A DNA stretch of 64,000 nucleotides from Trueperaceae bacterium (GCA_965213705.1 OZ243913.1:2176001-2240000); one strand, 5' to 3'. Numbered from the stretch's first letter, positions 19,916-29,878 are shown. Notes: generated from the letters alone by a model not told the origin. Translations and numbers: made by a program.

Positions 19916-22900
19916 CTACTCATACACAATTCCCAACGCATCGTCATAGCGAACAGTCAATTTCCCAACCACCGCCACCCCCCCCTCAAAAATGAGCGGG
20001 AAACAGTAGCGCAGCAGCGGCTGCTTCTGCCAAGCGGGTACTGGATGTTTAACAAGCTCGAACACAAGCCCTTTACGGCTCAGCTTGAGGTGTTGCAGAT
20101 AGAGGGTTCTCGCCGCTTGCCATGAGGGTTCCTTGTTCAACACGATTTCGGTTTCGTAGGAGGGCTCGAGGTAAAGCTTGTCATCCTTTTTGTGTAAGGG
20201 GATGACCGTGACGCTGGGATCGCCTAAACGGGTCATGGGCCGGTAATGTTCATGAATGCTGGGGTCTTCGTCGTCCTCCGCTAAAATATCTTTTGCGACA
20301 CCGTCGATACCTGCATAATCTTTGGGCAACGCTACTACAGTCTTATTATCGTGTGCCTTTCGTTTGTGAAGTTGCACCACCTCTTCTTGATTGGCGCGGC
20401 TTTGCTCAACCACCTCACGGGCAAAACCCGGCAGCGCCGTCACATCGGGCTCGCCGTATACGGCTTTGACAAGCGGCTCAAAGTCTTCAGGTAACGCAAT
20501 AACTTCCTTATCAGCCAAGGTCCACCACGTCATGTACAGAGTGAACGCTTCGTAAATTCGGTCGAAATATTCGCCGCTTTCGCCGCTGATGTCCGGGAGC
20601 GTCTCGGCGTCGGTCAGCCCTGCCACGTAGAGGACGGGCGACGCGTGGGTGGCGGAACGTTCGCGCTCGTGGCGGTGCATCCGTCCGGCACGCTGCAAGA
20701 GTAGATCGACAGGTGCTAAGTCACTCACCATCACGTCGAAGTCCAAGTCCAGGCTCTGCTCGACCACCTGCGTGGCGATGAGAATAGCTTTGGCTGGGCG
20801 CTCCCCATTCTTGCCGAACTTCTCCAGCACCGCTTGTTCTCGCTTTTGCCGTTCCGCCGCAGGATAACGAGCGTGAAACAAATAAACCTCGGTGTCGTCA
20901 GGCAAACGCTTTCCGGTCTCGAGACTTTCACCTTCTCCCAACAAGCTGTAAAGAGCCTGTGCCCGCTGCACTGTGTTTAGAATAGCCACCGCACAACCGC
21001 CGTCCGTTACTAAATTTGTGAGGAGGTTTGCGACTGTCTCGAGTCCCAAGCTGACCCTTTTCAAATCTATAGGCTTCTGCTCTCTCACCGAGAACGAATA
21101 CTCCTTGGTCTTTCCGCCCAGCACCTGCGTGATGCGCGGGTAGGAGACAGACTCCTCGGCCTCGCCACCCCCAAAAGCCTTGACTAAATCTAAACGCTTG
21201 GCGGCGGGCAACGTCGCGCTCATGATGATGACCGACGAGCCGAGCGCGTGCAGCCAGCGCACGAGGCGCTCGATGAGTTTGCTCGTGTAAAGCTCGTAGG
21301 CGTGAACTTCGTCTAAAACAACCGTGCGGTTGCCCAACCCCCACAGGCGGACAAACTGGTGCTTGATGTTGAGAACGCTCAAAAGCGCCTGGTCGACCGT
21401 GCCCACCCCGTTTTCAGACAGCAGCGCTCGCTTTTTACTTGTGAACCAGGTTCTGGCCCACACCTCGCCCTCTTTGTTGTCCACCCCATCTACATCCTTA
21501 ACTTGGATGGTGGCGTAAGCGTCGTTGAGCAGGCTTGCGCCGTGCAAAAGCTGCAAGTCGGGTGGCGCGTCGCGCTCGAAGGTGCCGAGCAGGTCTTTGG
21601 TGCGCTCGAACATGGCATTACCCGTTGCTTGTGTGGGCAGCGCCACGTATAAGCCTCGGTGTCCCAACTGCCGCTGTAAAGTGACGTGAGCGTAGAAGGC
21701 AGCCTCCGTTTTACCTTCACCCATCGGTGCTTCGATGATGATGAGGGAGGGTTTATGAGTTTTCTCAACAAGGTCGACGATGTGCGCCTGAAGACCGTTG
21801 GGCTCAAAAGAAAAAATGGTGTTGAAGGCTCGCGGTTCCGCCGCTAAAGGCTCACGGCGCTCCCAGCCTATCTTGTCTAGGGCCTTACGCGCTTTTAGCA
21901 GTGAATCGAGAAAGTGTTCTCGCAGATTTATTACTTTTCGGTCGGTAGGAAAAAAGTCGACCGTTGAGCCAATCCAATCGGCGAAGCTGGTCAAGCCTGC
22001 CAACCTGATAAAGCCTTGCCCTGTGAGTGCGGTGGTGGTCGGCGGCGAGATTTGAACGACTTCTACTGCTTTCAGGAACTCAGTTAGAACCTCCTGCCGG
22101 GTCTCTTGCCAAGCGTCGTCGCCCATATCTTGCTTTGGAATTACGTTGTCTGACAAGTCACCCTTTGCAGTTCGCAGGCCGTGATGTGCGCCTACGGCGT
22201 CGGCAACTTGAGCGACGAGATTCCTGCCTAAGCCGTAGGTTTTAAGTTCGGTCTGCAAGATTTTCTGTGAGAGTTTTCCGTGTGCAGTGCCCTTGTCACC
22301 CTTACTAAAAGTAAGCCCCGCCGCCTCGACCACCAGTCGTCCTGGTTCCCATTGCCGCTGGAAGGCCGGGGTCGCCTTGCCGATGTCGTGCAAACCGGTG
22401 AGCGCGGCTATCCACCGTTTAGCGTCGCCGGGCTCGAGCCCCAAATCCTCCGCGTAAAGCCGCAAAGTCTGCGGGGGTTCGCGCTCGAGCAACACTTGCG
22501 CCACCGCCGCCACATCCAACAGATGTCCCACGAGGCTGTAGCCCTGCTCGTCTTCGCCACTTTTGGCCCACAGGGCCGCCGCCTTTGCTGAAAGATTGGT
22601 CATGGGTTCAGTGTGTCCTTTTGGTGCGTCATTTACTGACGCGAGCCTCGTTTTTAGGTGGGGATGCTGTAAGGCGACGGCGCTGGCTTCACTCAACCAG
22701 CGTTCGCGCAAAGCTTTGGGCGCTAGAACGTCAACTCGTGGCCCCCAGCTTTGCACCCAAGGGAGAATTTCTCTTGGAAAGCCTGCGTTGTCGGTGCCCA
22801 CCTTGATTTCGACCTCGAGCGAGCCGTCCGCGAGTTCTTCTTTTAAAACCAAGTTGGGATAACCGCCTTCTCTAATACGCGCAGCAGCCTCTGGCTTGAA

Positions 22901-23617
22901 GCGCAGATACACCGTAGCAACCTCAGCTTCTTGCCCGCCCATCACGCCCCAGGCAGCGCTCAGATATTCACTCGGCACAAAGGTTTCAGGAACAATGTAG
23001 CTGGTTTCCAAAATCCGAACATCGCTCATCCGCGAGAGCTTGAAGGTGAGGACTCGGTCGAAGCTACATTCTTTGCCGATGGCGTACAAAGCCAAGTTGT
23101 CGCGACTGACCTCGATCAAATAAGTTTCCAGCTCGCGCCACTCTGCACGGTTGGGCTTGTCAGCCGTAGTGTATTTGAAACGCAGAACTCTGCTCTCAAA
23201 CCAAGCCCGCGCCACAAACTCCAAGGCTCGGTCGTCGCTGGAACGCACTTTCAGGTCTTGCGCACTTGCCGCCGCGATTCCCTTGGCAGGTTCGGGTAGC
23301 AGTGACGCCAGCTTCTCCAACGCCGAGCGGTAGTAAAGGTTTCGAGTGGGTGAGTGGTGATACAAAAGCCTTACCGCCGCGTGGACTGCAAGCCCTTCGA
23401 CAGCGTTGAGCGACGAACCCGTCGGCGTGAGACGGTGGCGGAAATCCTCTGAGGTTTCGATAGCACAACCGCTCTCACGCAGCGTCTGAATGTCGCGCTG
23501 GATGGTTCTGACCGGCACGCCGTAGCGCTGGGCAAGTTCCTTGATGGTGTACGGCTTTAGCCGCAACAGTTCAGGCAACTCCGCCAAGCGCCGAGCTTTA
23601 CTCTGCGTCCGCGTCAC
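19916..23617 (-). CDS. cas3: HTH-WYL-Cas3 fusion (HD nuclease plus SF2 helicase)
   Basis: N-terminal HTH (KELAQRYGVPVRTIQRDI) and WYL-type region (LYAIG...TFKLSRM...SAAWG; WVQSWGPRVDVLAP); then LWAKS, HLLDV, HDIGK, HHG, ADWIGS, APMGEGKT, DEVH, SAT, QVVEQSLDLDFD, QRAGRMHRH. Confidence 0.93.
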   Translation of the reverse strand: MTRTQSKARRLAELPELLRLKPYTIKELAQRYGVPVRTIQRDIQTLRESGCAIETSEDFRHRLTPTGSSLNAVEGLAVHAAVRLLYHHSPTRNLYYRSALEKLASLLPEPAKGIAAASAQDLKVRSSDDRALEFVARAWFESRVLRFKYTTADKPNRAEWRELETYLIEVSRDNLALYAIGKECSFDRVLTFKLSRMSDVRILETSYIVPETFVPSEYLSAAWGVMGGQEAEVATVYLRFKPEAAARIREGGYPNLVLKEELADGSLEVEIKVGTDNAGFPREILPWVQSWGPRVDVLAPKALRERWLSEASAVALQHPHLKTRLASVNDAPKGHTEPMTNLSAKAAALWAKSGEDEQGYSLVGHLLDVAAVAQVLLEREPPQTLRLYAEDLGLEPGDAKRWIAALTGLHDIGKATPAFQRQWEPGRLVVEAAGLTFSKGDKGTAHGKLSQKILQTELKTYGLGRNLVAQVADAVGAHHGLRTAKGDLSDNVIPKQDMGDDAWQETRQEVLTEFLKAVEVVQISPPTTTALTGQGFIRLAGLTSFADWIGSTVDFFPTDRKVINLREHFLDSLLKARKALDKIGWERREPLAAEPRAFNTIFSFEPNGLQAHIVDLVEKTHKPSLIIIEAPMGEGKTEAAFYAHVTLQRQLGHRGLYVALPTQATGNAMFERTKDLLGTFERDAPPDLQLLHGASLLNDAYATIQVKDVDGVDNKEGEVWARTWFTSKKRALLSENGVGTVDQALLSVLNIKHQFVRLWGLGNRTVVLDEVHAYELYTSKLIERLVRWLHALGSSVIIMSATLPAAKRLDLVKAFGGGEAEESVSYPRITQVLGGKTKEYSFSVREQKPIDLKRVSLGLETVANLLTNLVTDGGCAVAILNTVQRAQALYSLLGEGESLETGKRLPDDTEVYLFHARYPAAERQKREQAVLEKFGKNGERPAKAILIATQVVEQSLDLDFDVMVSDLAPVDLLLQRAGRMHRHERERSATHASPVLYVAGLTDAETLPDISGESGEYFDRIYEAFTLYMTWWTLADKEVIALPEDFEPLVKAVYGEPDVTALPGFAREVVEQSRANQEEVVQLHKRKAHDNKTVVALPKDYAGIDGVAKDILAEDDEDPSIHEHYRPMTRLGDPSVTVIPLHKKDDKLYLEPSYETEIVLNKEPSWQAARTLYLQHLKLSRKGLVFELVKHPVPAWQKQPLLRYCFPLIFEGGVAVVGKLTVRYDDALGIVYE

Positions 23618-24038
23618 CCACCCTCTTTTCTCCCCCCTTTACCTCCCACAGCACCGTGACCCCTGCAAACTTCTCAAATTCCGAGTCACGGCTGACGAGC
23701 GGTAAGTCCTCGACCAGCGCCTGCGCCGCCAAAGCTCGGTCAAAGGGGTCGCTGTGCTCGTGGGCCAACTCTCCTTCTTTCAGCGCGTGAACGCTGCTGA
23801 AAGGCAAGTCCGTAAAGCTGTACTGCGCCAGGCGACGATGGTAGTTGTGCCACAAGGATTCAGCTTGGGGCAGTTTGCCAATCCGCACCTTGATAGATAG
23901 CTCCCAAGCGGTAATAGCTGAGGTGTACACTTGTCGGTCACGTTCACGGAGCAAGGCTAGAATGCTCTCCGGCAACATTTCAGGGCTTACGCTGTACCAC
24001 AGCAGCACGTGGGTGTCGAGCAAAACCCCTTTACTCAT
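23598..24038 (-). CDS. VapC PIN-domain toxin
   Basis: LLDTHVLLW, SAITAWE, HSDPFDR, SRD. Confidence 0.92.
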   Translation of the reverse strand: MSKGVLLDTHVLLWYSVSPEMLPESILALLRERDRQVYTSAITAWELSIKVRIGKLPQAESLWHNYHRRLAQYSFTDLPFSSVHALKEGELAHEHSDPFDRALAAQALVEDLPLVSRDSEFEKFAGVTVLWEVKGGEKRVGDADAE

Positions 24039-24046
24039 TGAGCGAC

Positions 24047-24301
24047 TTACTCATCGCTGCGCAGTTTGGGGTTGTGCCAAGCGTCCAGATTTTCCAATGG
24101 GCGCAAAGACTCTTCGACAAACGTCTCATCGACGTCTTGCCGGTCGAGACCGACCGGCCGCAACGCCCCCGGTCCCTCAACCGGCACGAGCCGCACGAGG
24201 GGTTTGCCGTTACGGGCCACGACGACCTCGTCACCGGCAAGAGCCTGCTCGATAAGTTTAGAGAACTGCGTTTTAGCTTCGTGCATGTTGACTTGGGTCA
24301 C
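24047..24301 (-). CDS. Phd/YefM-family antitoxin
   Basis: VNMHEAKTQFSKLIEQALAGDEVVVARNGKP. Confidence 0.92.
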   Translation of the reverse strand: MTQVNMHEAKTQFSKLIEQALAGDEVVVARNGKPLVRLVPVEGPGALRPVGLDRQDVDETFVEESLRPLENLDAWHNPKLRSDE

Positions 24302-24311
24302 AGGAGCCTCC

Positions 24312-24337
24312 TAGTCCAGTTTAGCATAAGTGGACTA
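24312..24337. promoter_or_regulatory. inverted repeat upstream of the antitoxin-vapC-cas3 operon (probable TA operator)
   Basis: TAGTCCA-N12-TGGACTA next to the AGGAGG RBS. Confidence 0.5.
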
Positions 24338-24396
24338 AATAGCTGGGTGGCTAAGAATAGACTCATCCCCATGTGCGTGGGGCCGTCCGCGTATCC

Positions 24397-26376
24397 CGGT
24401 TCATCCCCACGTGCGTGGGAAACAGAGCGCTAGCGCGTCGGAAATGGAGAGCTGCAACGGTTCATCCCCACGGGTGTGGGGAGTAGCGCATCAGCACGCA
24501 GAAATTGCTTATCGGCAACGGTTCATCCCCACGGGTGTGGGGAGTAGGTGCAGGGTAGACTTCATATCGGTTTCCTTCCGGTTCATCCCCACGGGTGTGG
24601 GGAGTAGCGGAGGCGGGAGAAGTGGGGCAGGGTCCAGACCGGTTCATCCCCACGGGTGTGGGGAGTAGGGCGAGTACGCCGCGGCTGCCGAGACGCTGCC
24701 CGGTTCATCCCCACGGGTGTGGGGAGTAGCCGGGTGCCGGCCAGCAAGCTCGGCATCGACACGGTTCATCCCCACGGGTGTGGGGAGTAGTCAGGAGCAA
24801 GCCTTCTGGCTGTGGCTGTCCTCGGTTCATCCCCACGGGTGTGGGGAGTAGTTTGCGAGGATGGCTTTTCTCTAGCCAGACACCGGTTCATCCCCACGGG
24901 TGTGGGGAGTAGGACGATGTTGGCCGACGACTTTGCCGCGGTCGCGGTTCATCCCCACGGGTGTGGGGAGTAGCAGATATGGTTGAACCAGCTCTCTATC
25001 CCGTACGGTTCATCCCCACGGGTGTGGGGAGTAGTTCGACAGCATTCACCGTCACGAAAAACGGCGCGGTTCATCCCCACGGGTGTGGGGAGTAGGTCCT
25101 TTAGATTAACGGTCTAAAGGTAACGCCCGGTTCATCCCCACGGGTGTGGGGAGTAGAAACCGTTCCCGACATGGGCGCGCTGTGGGCGCGGTTCATCCCC
25201 ACGGGTGTGGGGAGTAGTTTGGCCTGGGTCTCAGTGAAGGCCTCCCTTGCGGTTCATCCCCACGGGTGTGGGGAGTAGCGCCGACGCGAGTTTGCGAAAT
25301 TGTTCGATAACGGTTCATCCCCACGGGTGTGGGGAGTAGGGGGTGTTGACACCTGAGCCCGCCCCGGTCTACGGTTCATCCCCACGGGTGTGGGGAGTAG
25401 CTTATGGACTTCTCACACTCCGCGCATGACGCCGGTTCATCCCCACGGGTGTGGGGAGTAGGGCATCGACACCAGCCGCTCTCAGGCCGACGCCGGTTCA
25501 TCCCCACGGGTGTGGGGAGTAGGACGAGACCAAGCTCAATACGCTGCACGAGGACGGTTCATCCCCACGGGTGTGGGGAGTAGCCCTACACCGAGCACAT
25601 GCTCGAGCGCACCCGCGGTTCATCCCCACGGGTGTGGGGAGTAGTCAAGTTTCGACATGTTGCGCGCTGCTGATGTCGGTTCATCCCCACGGGTGTGGGG
25701 AGTAGGTGGCTGCTCATGGGCGTGGTCGCCTCGCTGACGGTTCATCCCCACGGGTGTGGGGAGTAGCTTTGGTCGTGCGCGTCCTCTCGCTCTTTTAGCG
25801 GTTCATCCCCACGGGTGTGGGGAGTAGGCCCAAAGCGCCCTGCCGCCTGACGTGACCACGGGTTCATCCCCACGGGTGTGGGGAGTAGGGCAAGAATTTC
25901 GGCTTTGTGCTCGGCGGTCTCGGTTCATCCCCACGGGTGTGGGGAGTAGATGTCATACTGGTAATCGCTCATCCCCGCAGCCGGTTCATCCCCACGGGTG
26001 TGGGGAGTAGAAGGGTGAGCTTGCCGAGTATGTCCAGGATGACGGTTCATCCCCACGGGTGTGGGGAGTAGGTGGGCGCGGCTTTTCTTGTCCATCACCT
26101 CGGCGGTTCATCCCCACGGGTGTGGGGAGTAGCGTATCCGCTCCCCGCGTCGTAGCCTCTAAAACGGTTCATCCCCACGGGTGTGGGGAGTAGGCAGGGC
26201 TTCGTAGAGTTCAGCCCAATTCATACGGTTCATCCCCACGGGTGTGGGGAGTAGCTCCTTCCGGGGTTGCTGACGCAAATGCGCGACGGTTCATCCCCAC
26301 GGGTGTGGGGAGTAGCAGGGCGGGGCAGGGCTGAAAGTCTTTTTCACCGGTTCATCCCCACGGGTGTGGGGAGTAG
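24397..26376 (-). CRISPR. type I-E CRISPR array 2: 33 repeats, 32 spacers
   Basis: 32 copies of CTACTCCCCACACCCGTGGGGATGAACCG plus an array-1-type trailer repeat at 24397; 61-nt period with one 31-nt spacer; further repeat fragment at ~24360-24382. Confidence 0.98.
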
Positions 26377-26442
26377 ACTAGACCCAGACAGAAAAACTAA
26401 GGCTTGATGCTACCTAAGTATCTTTCTAAAGTTGTCAATGTG
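26377..26442 (-). promoter_or_regulatory. leader of CRISPR array 2
   Basis: AT-rich and homologous to the array 1 leader. Confidence 0.75.
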
Positions 26443-26642
26443 CGCGAGGTAATCACTCTTCAAGATTATAGCCAGCTTCAACGGTTTTATGTGAATTCCT
26501 CATAAAGCCTAACAGGAACTCGAGAAAAATCCACGGTCTTACGGTGAAGGGACAGCAAAGGTAGCCGAGGCGAACCCCCCTCCTGGGGCGACCGCCGCTG
26601 GTCTCTTCATGGTCGCCTGAGGCAGCGGAGCCGTGTGACACG

Positions 26643-26770
26643 GTCAAGCCACCCCCGCGACGGCTTCAGTCCTGCACCTACCAAACAAAGAATTAGCTTA
26701 TCCCACACTTCATGAGGGACTGAAGCCGTCTTACCCCCTGCGCTGACGCCCAGGGGGACCCCGGCTTGAC
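26643..26770. other. nested inverted-repeat structure (ssDNA promoter/ssi-like)
   Basis: GTCAAGCC/GGCTTGAC enclose GACGGCTTCAGTCC/GGACTGAAGCCGTC and CCCCCTG/CAGGGGG; upstream of the ardC operon. Confidence 0.5.
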
Positions 26771-26968
26771 TCTCGTTCTCTGCGAGGGCCTTATCTCACT
26801 GTAGGAAAAGCAAAAAGGTCAACCAGCGGCGGGCGCTTCTAAAGGATTGTCGTTGAGTTCTTTTGGGAGGTTGTGGAAGGTTCAGCAAGCCCCGAGGCAA
26901 AAGTTAGACCCGCTGAATTCCCTGCCAGGAAAGCGGGTCGTTAGTCCTCTCTGCTAGGAGAAAACTGT

Positions 26969-27337
26969 ATGAACACAGTAGCACAAACATTCGAAGACTT
27001 AGTAGCCGTTGTTAGAACCTGTCCCGAGTCGGAACAAGCCGAAGTTCACGCTGTCAATTTAGTTTCATACCTCGCAGCCATGCCCGAACGCAAAGCCTGC
27101 GTAGCGCTTGTGTGTGCTAAGAACTTCGCGCGCTTTGCCGGACTCGAGCGGGCGGTGTTCGTCCTGGACCTGTACGGCGTGCAACTGCTCAAGAAGTGGC
27201 ATCCGAAGGGTGGGGCGTTCTTTGTGTTTGCTGAACTCACCGACTCTGACCCCGACCCCTTTGCCGGGGCAGTGGTGATTAGGCTCGAGCCGGACGACAC
27301 TTTGGTAACTGCCGTTGAATTGAAGGTTGCAGCATGA
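26969..27337 (+). CDS. hypothetical protein
   Basis: 122 aa, AGGAG RBS, first gene of the ardC operon. Confidence 0.65.
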   Translation: MNTVAQTFEDLVAVVRTCPESEQAEVHAVNLVSYLAAMPERKACVALVCAKNFARFAGLERAVFVLDLYGVQLLKKWHPKGGAFFVFAELTDSDPDPFAGAVVIRLEPDDTLVTAVELKVAA

Positions 27338-27611
27338 ACCGGGTCAGTATCCAATGCAGACTTTGCAACGGCGCGGGGCGGGTGGAGGAGTTCACCTGCC
27401 CTTGCTGTTTAGGGAGTGGTACATTCGAGAAGCCGGTGTGTGCCGAGCTGCCAGAGCGTCCAAGCACGCCAACCTGTTCAACACCACCCCTGAGTACGCC
27501 ATGCGGAAGAAGCGCCTTCTCAAGACCAAACGCCAACGCAACACCGTGGCGCTTGGCATCTTGGGGCTGAGCGACTTTCACCTAGAGTCCGACGAACGGG
27601 AGGGGGCGTAA
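27334..27611 (+). pseudogene. small CxxCxGxG zinc-finger protein, probably frameshifted
   Basis: CRLCNGAG and CPCCLGSG motifs; a second frame continues to a stop overlapping the ardC start. Confidence 0.5.
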
Positions 27612-28492
27612 TGCCCCCCTTTACTTCCAACACCAATAAAGCCGCCGAGCTGCTGGCCGAGAACGTCGCTAAGCTGATGGACGCGAGCACCTTTAAGGAG
27701 GCGCTCAAGTTCAAGAGCCGTTTCTACCGCTACAGCTTCAACAACTGCCTGCTCATCTACCTCCAGTGCCCGACCGCGACTTACGTGGCCGGGTACAAGA
27801 CCTGGCAGCAGTTGGGGCGGCAGGTGCGTAAGGGTGAGAAGGGAATAGCGATTCTTGCACCTATCGTTAAGAAGCTCGAGGAAAATGGACAGGAAGAGAA
27901 GCGCCTGGTCGGGTTCAAGTCGGCAAGCGTGTTCGACGTGCAGCAGACGGACGGTGAACCTCTACCCGAGCTGCCGAGGCCGCAGCGGTTGACGGGCGAC
28001 TCCGAAGCAATTCAACTCACTATCAAAGCCCTCGAGACCTACGCCACCGACCGAGGCTTTCCCGTCCGCAGAGAGCCCTTGCAAGGCAACGCGCTGGGCA
28101 AGTTCTCGCTTCAAAGCAAGACCATCACGCTGAGAGACGACCTCGAGCCCCTGCAAGAACTCAAAACGCTCGTTCACGAACTCGCTCATGCCCTGATGCA
28201 CCGGGAGATTACACCCGTCACGATGAAACGCCACCTGTGTGAACTTGAGGCGGAGAGTTGTGCGTTTCTGGTCTGCCACGCCCTCGGCCTGGACACCTCG
28301 AGATATTCGTTTGCCTACCTCGCCAACTGGGCCGACGAGCCCGCCGAACTCTTACCCGCGGCTGAGAAAGCTTCTCGGACGGCCGACGCGATTGTGGAGA
28401 CCCTTCGGGGTTTCTTTTCTTCTAACCCACAGGGTCAGCCGCTGCCAAACGCCCAGCTTCGCTCTCAACCTGTTTTGATGGCTGGAAGGTAG
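27611..28492 (+). CDS. ArdC-like ssDNA-binding / metallopeptidase anti-restriction protein
   Basis: YSFNNCLLI, YKTWQQLGRQVRKGEKG, VFDVQQTDG, HELAH, ELEAES. Confidence 0.88.
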   Translation: MPPFTSNTNKAAELLAENVAKLMDASTFKEALKFKSRFYRYSFNNCLLIYLQCPTATYVAGYKTWQQLGRQVRKGEKGIAILAPIVKKLEENGQEEKRLVGFKSASVFDVQQTDGEPLPELPRPQRLTGDSEAIQLTIKALETYATDRGFPVRREPLQGNALGKFSLQSKTITLRDDLEPLQELKTLVHELAHALMHREITPVTMKRHLCELEAESCAFLVCHALGLDTSRYSFAYLANWADEPAELLPAAEKASRTADAIVETLRGFFSSNPQGQPLPNAQLRSQPVLMAGR

Positions 28493-28499
28493 ATGCGAG

Positions 28500-28802
28500 A
28501 TGGAAGGCTTACCCAAGACGATTCAAGGCCGCGCCTCGTTAGCCCTGCGGATGATTGCCCAGGCTCAACACAACAGCGGTTTGCTCGAGACGAAGGTCTT
28601 CACTCTGCTGTTCGAAGGCGAGGGGGGAAGACAAGTGCTCGCTCGAGTGAACGAACGGCTCGGCAGAGACGTGACTCTAGCAAGAGTGGCGCTTTCCCCG
28701 CCGGTGAGTTCTTACCTCAACTCGAGTACCCTGACCGCTGCAAGGCAGGCGCAAGCTGGCGACAAGCAGCCTTCGCTGTTCCCGTGGCTGGAGGCGACTT
28801 GA
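28500..28802 (+). CDS. hypothetical protein
   Basis: 100-aa ORF ending just before a terminator. Confidence 0.5.
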   Translation: MEGLPKTIQGRASLALRMIAQAQHNSGLLETKVFTLLFEGEGGRQVLARVNERLGRDVTLARVALSPPVSSYLNSSTLTAARQAQAGDKQPSLFPWLEAT

Positions 28803-28809
28803 GGTTCGA

Positions 28810-28832
28810 GGCCCTTCGGGGCCTTTTTTTTT
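28810..28832 (+). terminator. rho-independent terminator
   Basis: GGCCC-TTCG-GGGCC followed by a T9 tract. Confidence 0.85.
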
Positions 28833-28849
28833 GCGGTCGCGCGGGGATA

Positions 28850-28952
28850 GGGGTAGCTTCGCTACTTTTGAAGCATGAAGCACCGCTTCAATGGCTGCGC
28901 CTGAAGCAGCGGAGCCGTGGCCGCATCCAAAAACCTGCGTTTTTGTCGCGGC
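28850..28952 (+). repeat. conserved upstream repeat (second of three copies)
   Basis: GGGTAGC..GCTAC...CGCCTGAAGCAGCGGAGCCG...GCGTTTTTGTCGCGGC; also at 29704-29804, core only at 26614-26635. Confidence 0.75.
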
Positions 28953-29003
28953 CTCTGCTGCAAAACGCCAAGACAGATTTCTGTCACATGCTAGACTTGC
29001 TTT

Positions 29004-29258
29004 ATGCAAACGACCTTGCGTATCGATGACCACCTCTACCGCGAAGCCAAGGCAGAAGCCGCCCGCCAAGGCGTCACGATGACGCGCTTTATCGAAGAGG
29101 CCCTTGAGCTGAGGCTCAAACGCCGCCCGGTCGAAGGCGGTTCTGTGACACTGCCGACCTTTGGTTTTGGGGCGGGCTTCGACTTCGGCCCCGGCCAGCT
29201 CAAGCAACTTGGGCAAGAGAGTGAAGCTCAACACGACCTCGGCAAACTCACCCGCTGA
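29004..29258 (+). CDS. RHH-type (VapB-like) antitoxin
   Basis: MQTTLRIDDHLYREAKAEAARQGVTMTRFIEEAL. Confidence 0.85.
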   Translation: MQTTLRIDDHLYREAKAEAARQGVTMTRFIEEALELRLKRRPVEGGSVTLPTFGFGAGFDFGPGQLKQLGQESEAQHDLGKLTR

Positions 29259-29260
29259 CG

Positions 29261-29691
29261 TTGTATCTTCTCGACGCCAACGTCCTCATCCACGCCTTTC
29301 GAGAGGATGCGCCTTTTCATCGGGTTTGCTATGACTGGCTCACCAACGCCCTCGCACAAGGTGAAGAAGTTACGGCCCCGAGCGTGGTCGAGTTGGCGCT
29401 GTTCGAATCACGACCTTGCCCAGCTTGGGAGACGCCGCCACCCCTGAAGCGGTTTTCGCCTTCTTGCAAGCCCTTAGACAAACCAGTTACCGGCGGCTCG
29501 AGCCCGGTGCGGCGCATGACGGGCACTTGCGGCATTTGTGCAACTCCCTGAACCTGCGGGGCAACGATGTCAACGATGCGTTTTTAGCAGCCCTTGCTTT
29601 GGAGCGCAACGCGGTCCTAGTCAGTGCCGACCAGGGCTTTAGGCGCTTTCCCATGATTAGCGTGCTTGACCCGACGGACGCCGCCCAATAA
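29261..29691 (+). pseudogene. VapC PIN toxin with a 1-bp frameshift
   Basis: LLDANVLIHA in one frame and NDAFLAALA...SADQGF in another; shift near 29401. Confidence 0.8.
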
Positions 29692-29703
29692 ACCCGATGC
29701 AGG

Positions 29704-29804
29704 GGGTAGCGGCGCTACCTTATCAAAGCTAAAAGCTTTTCATCCACCACGCCTGAAGCAGCGGAGCCGAGGGCCGCGTCCAAGCACTTGCGTTTTTGTC
29801 GCGG
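29704..29804 (+). repeat. conserved upstream repeat (third copy)
   Basis: homologous to 28850-28952; precedes the Xre-RES pair. Confidence 0.75.
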
Positions 29805-29878
29805 CTTTCCTCTTTAACTTGCTGCTTTTCCACGACTGATGTTTACCCAAACGGGCTCACTCGTGCTATCATCTGGAC

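Noticed and set aside
11351..26347. Self-targeting by canonical spacers
   Set aside because: No extended spacer match to the window was seen by eye; an alignment is needed to exclude it fully.
29002..29018. Partial match of the mini-array spacer to the vapB start (TTATGCAAAcGAC)
   Set aside because: Seed positions 1-5 are mostly mismatched or need a bulge, and there is no PAM.
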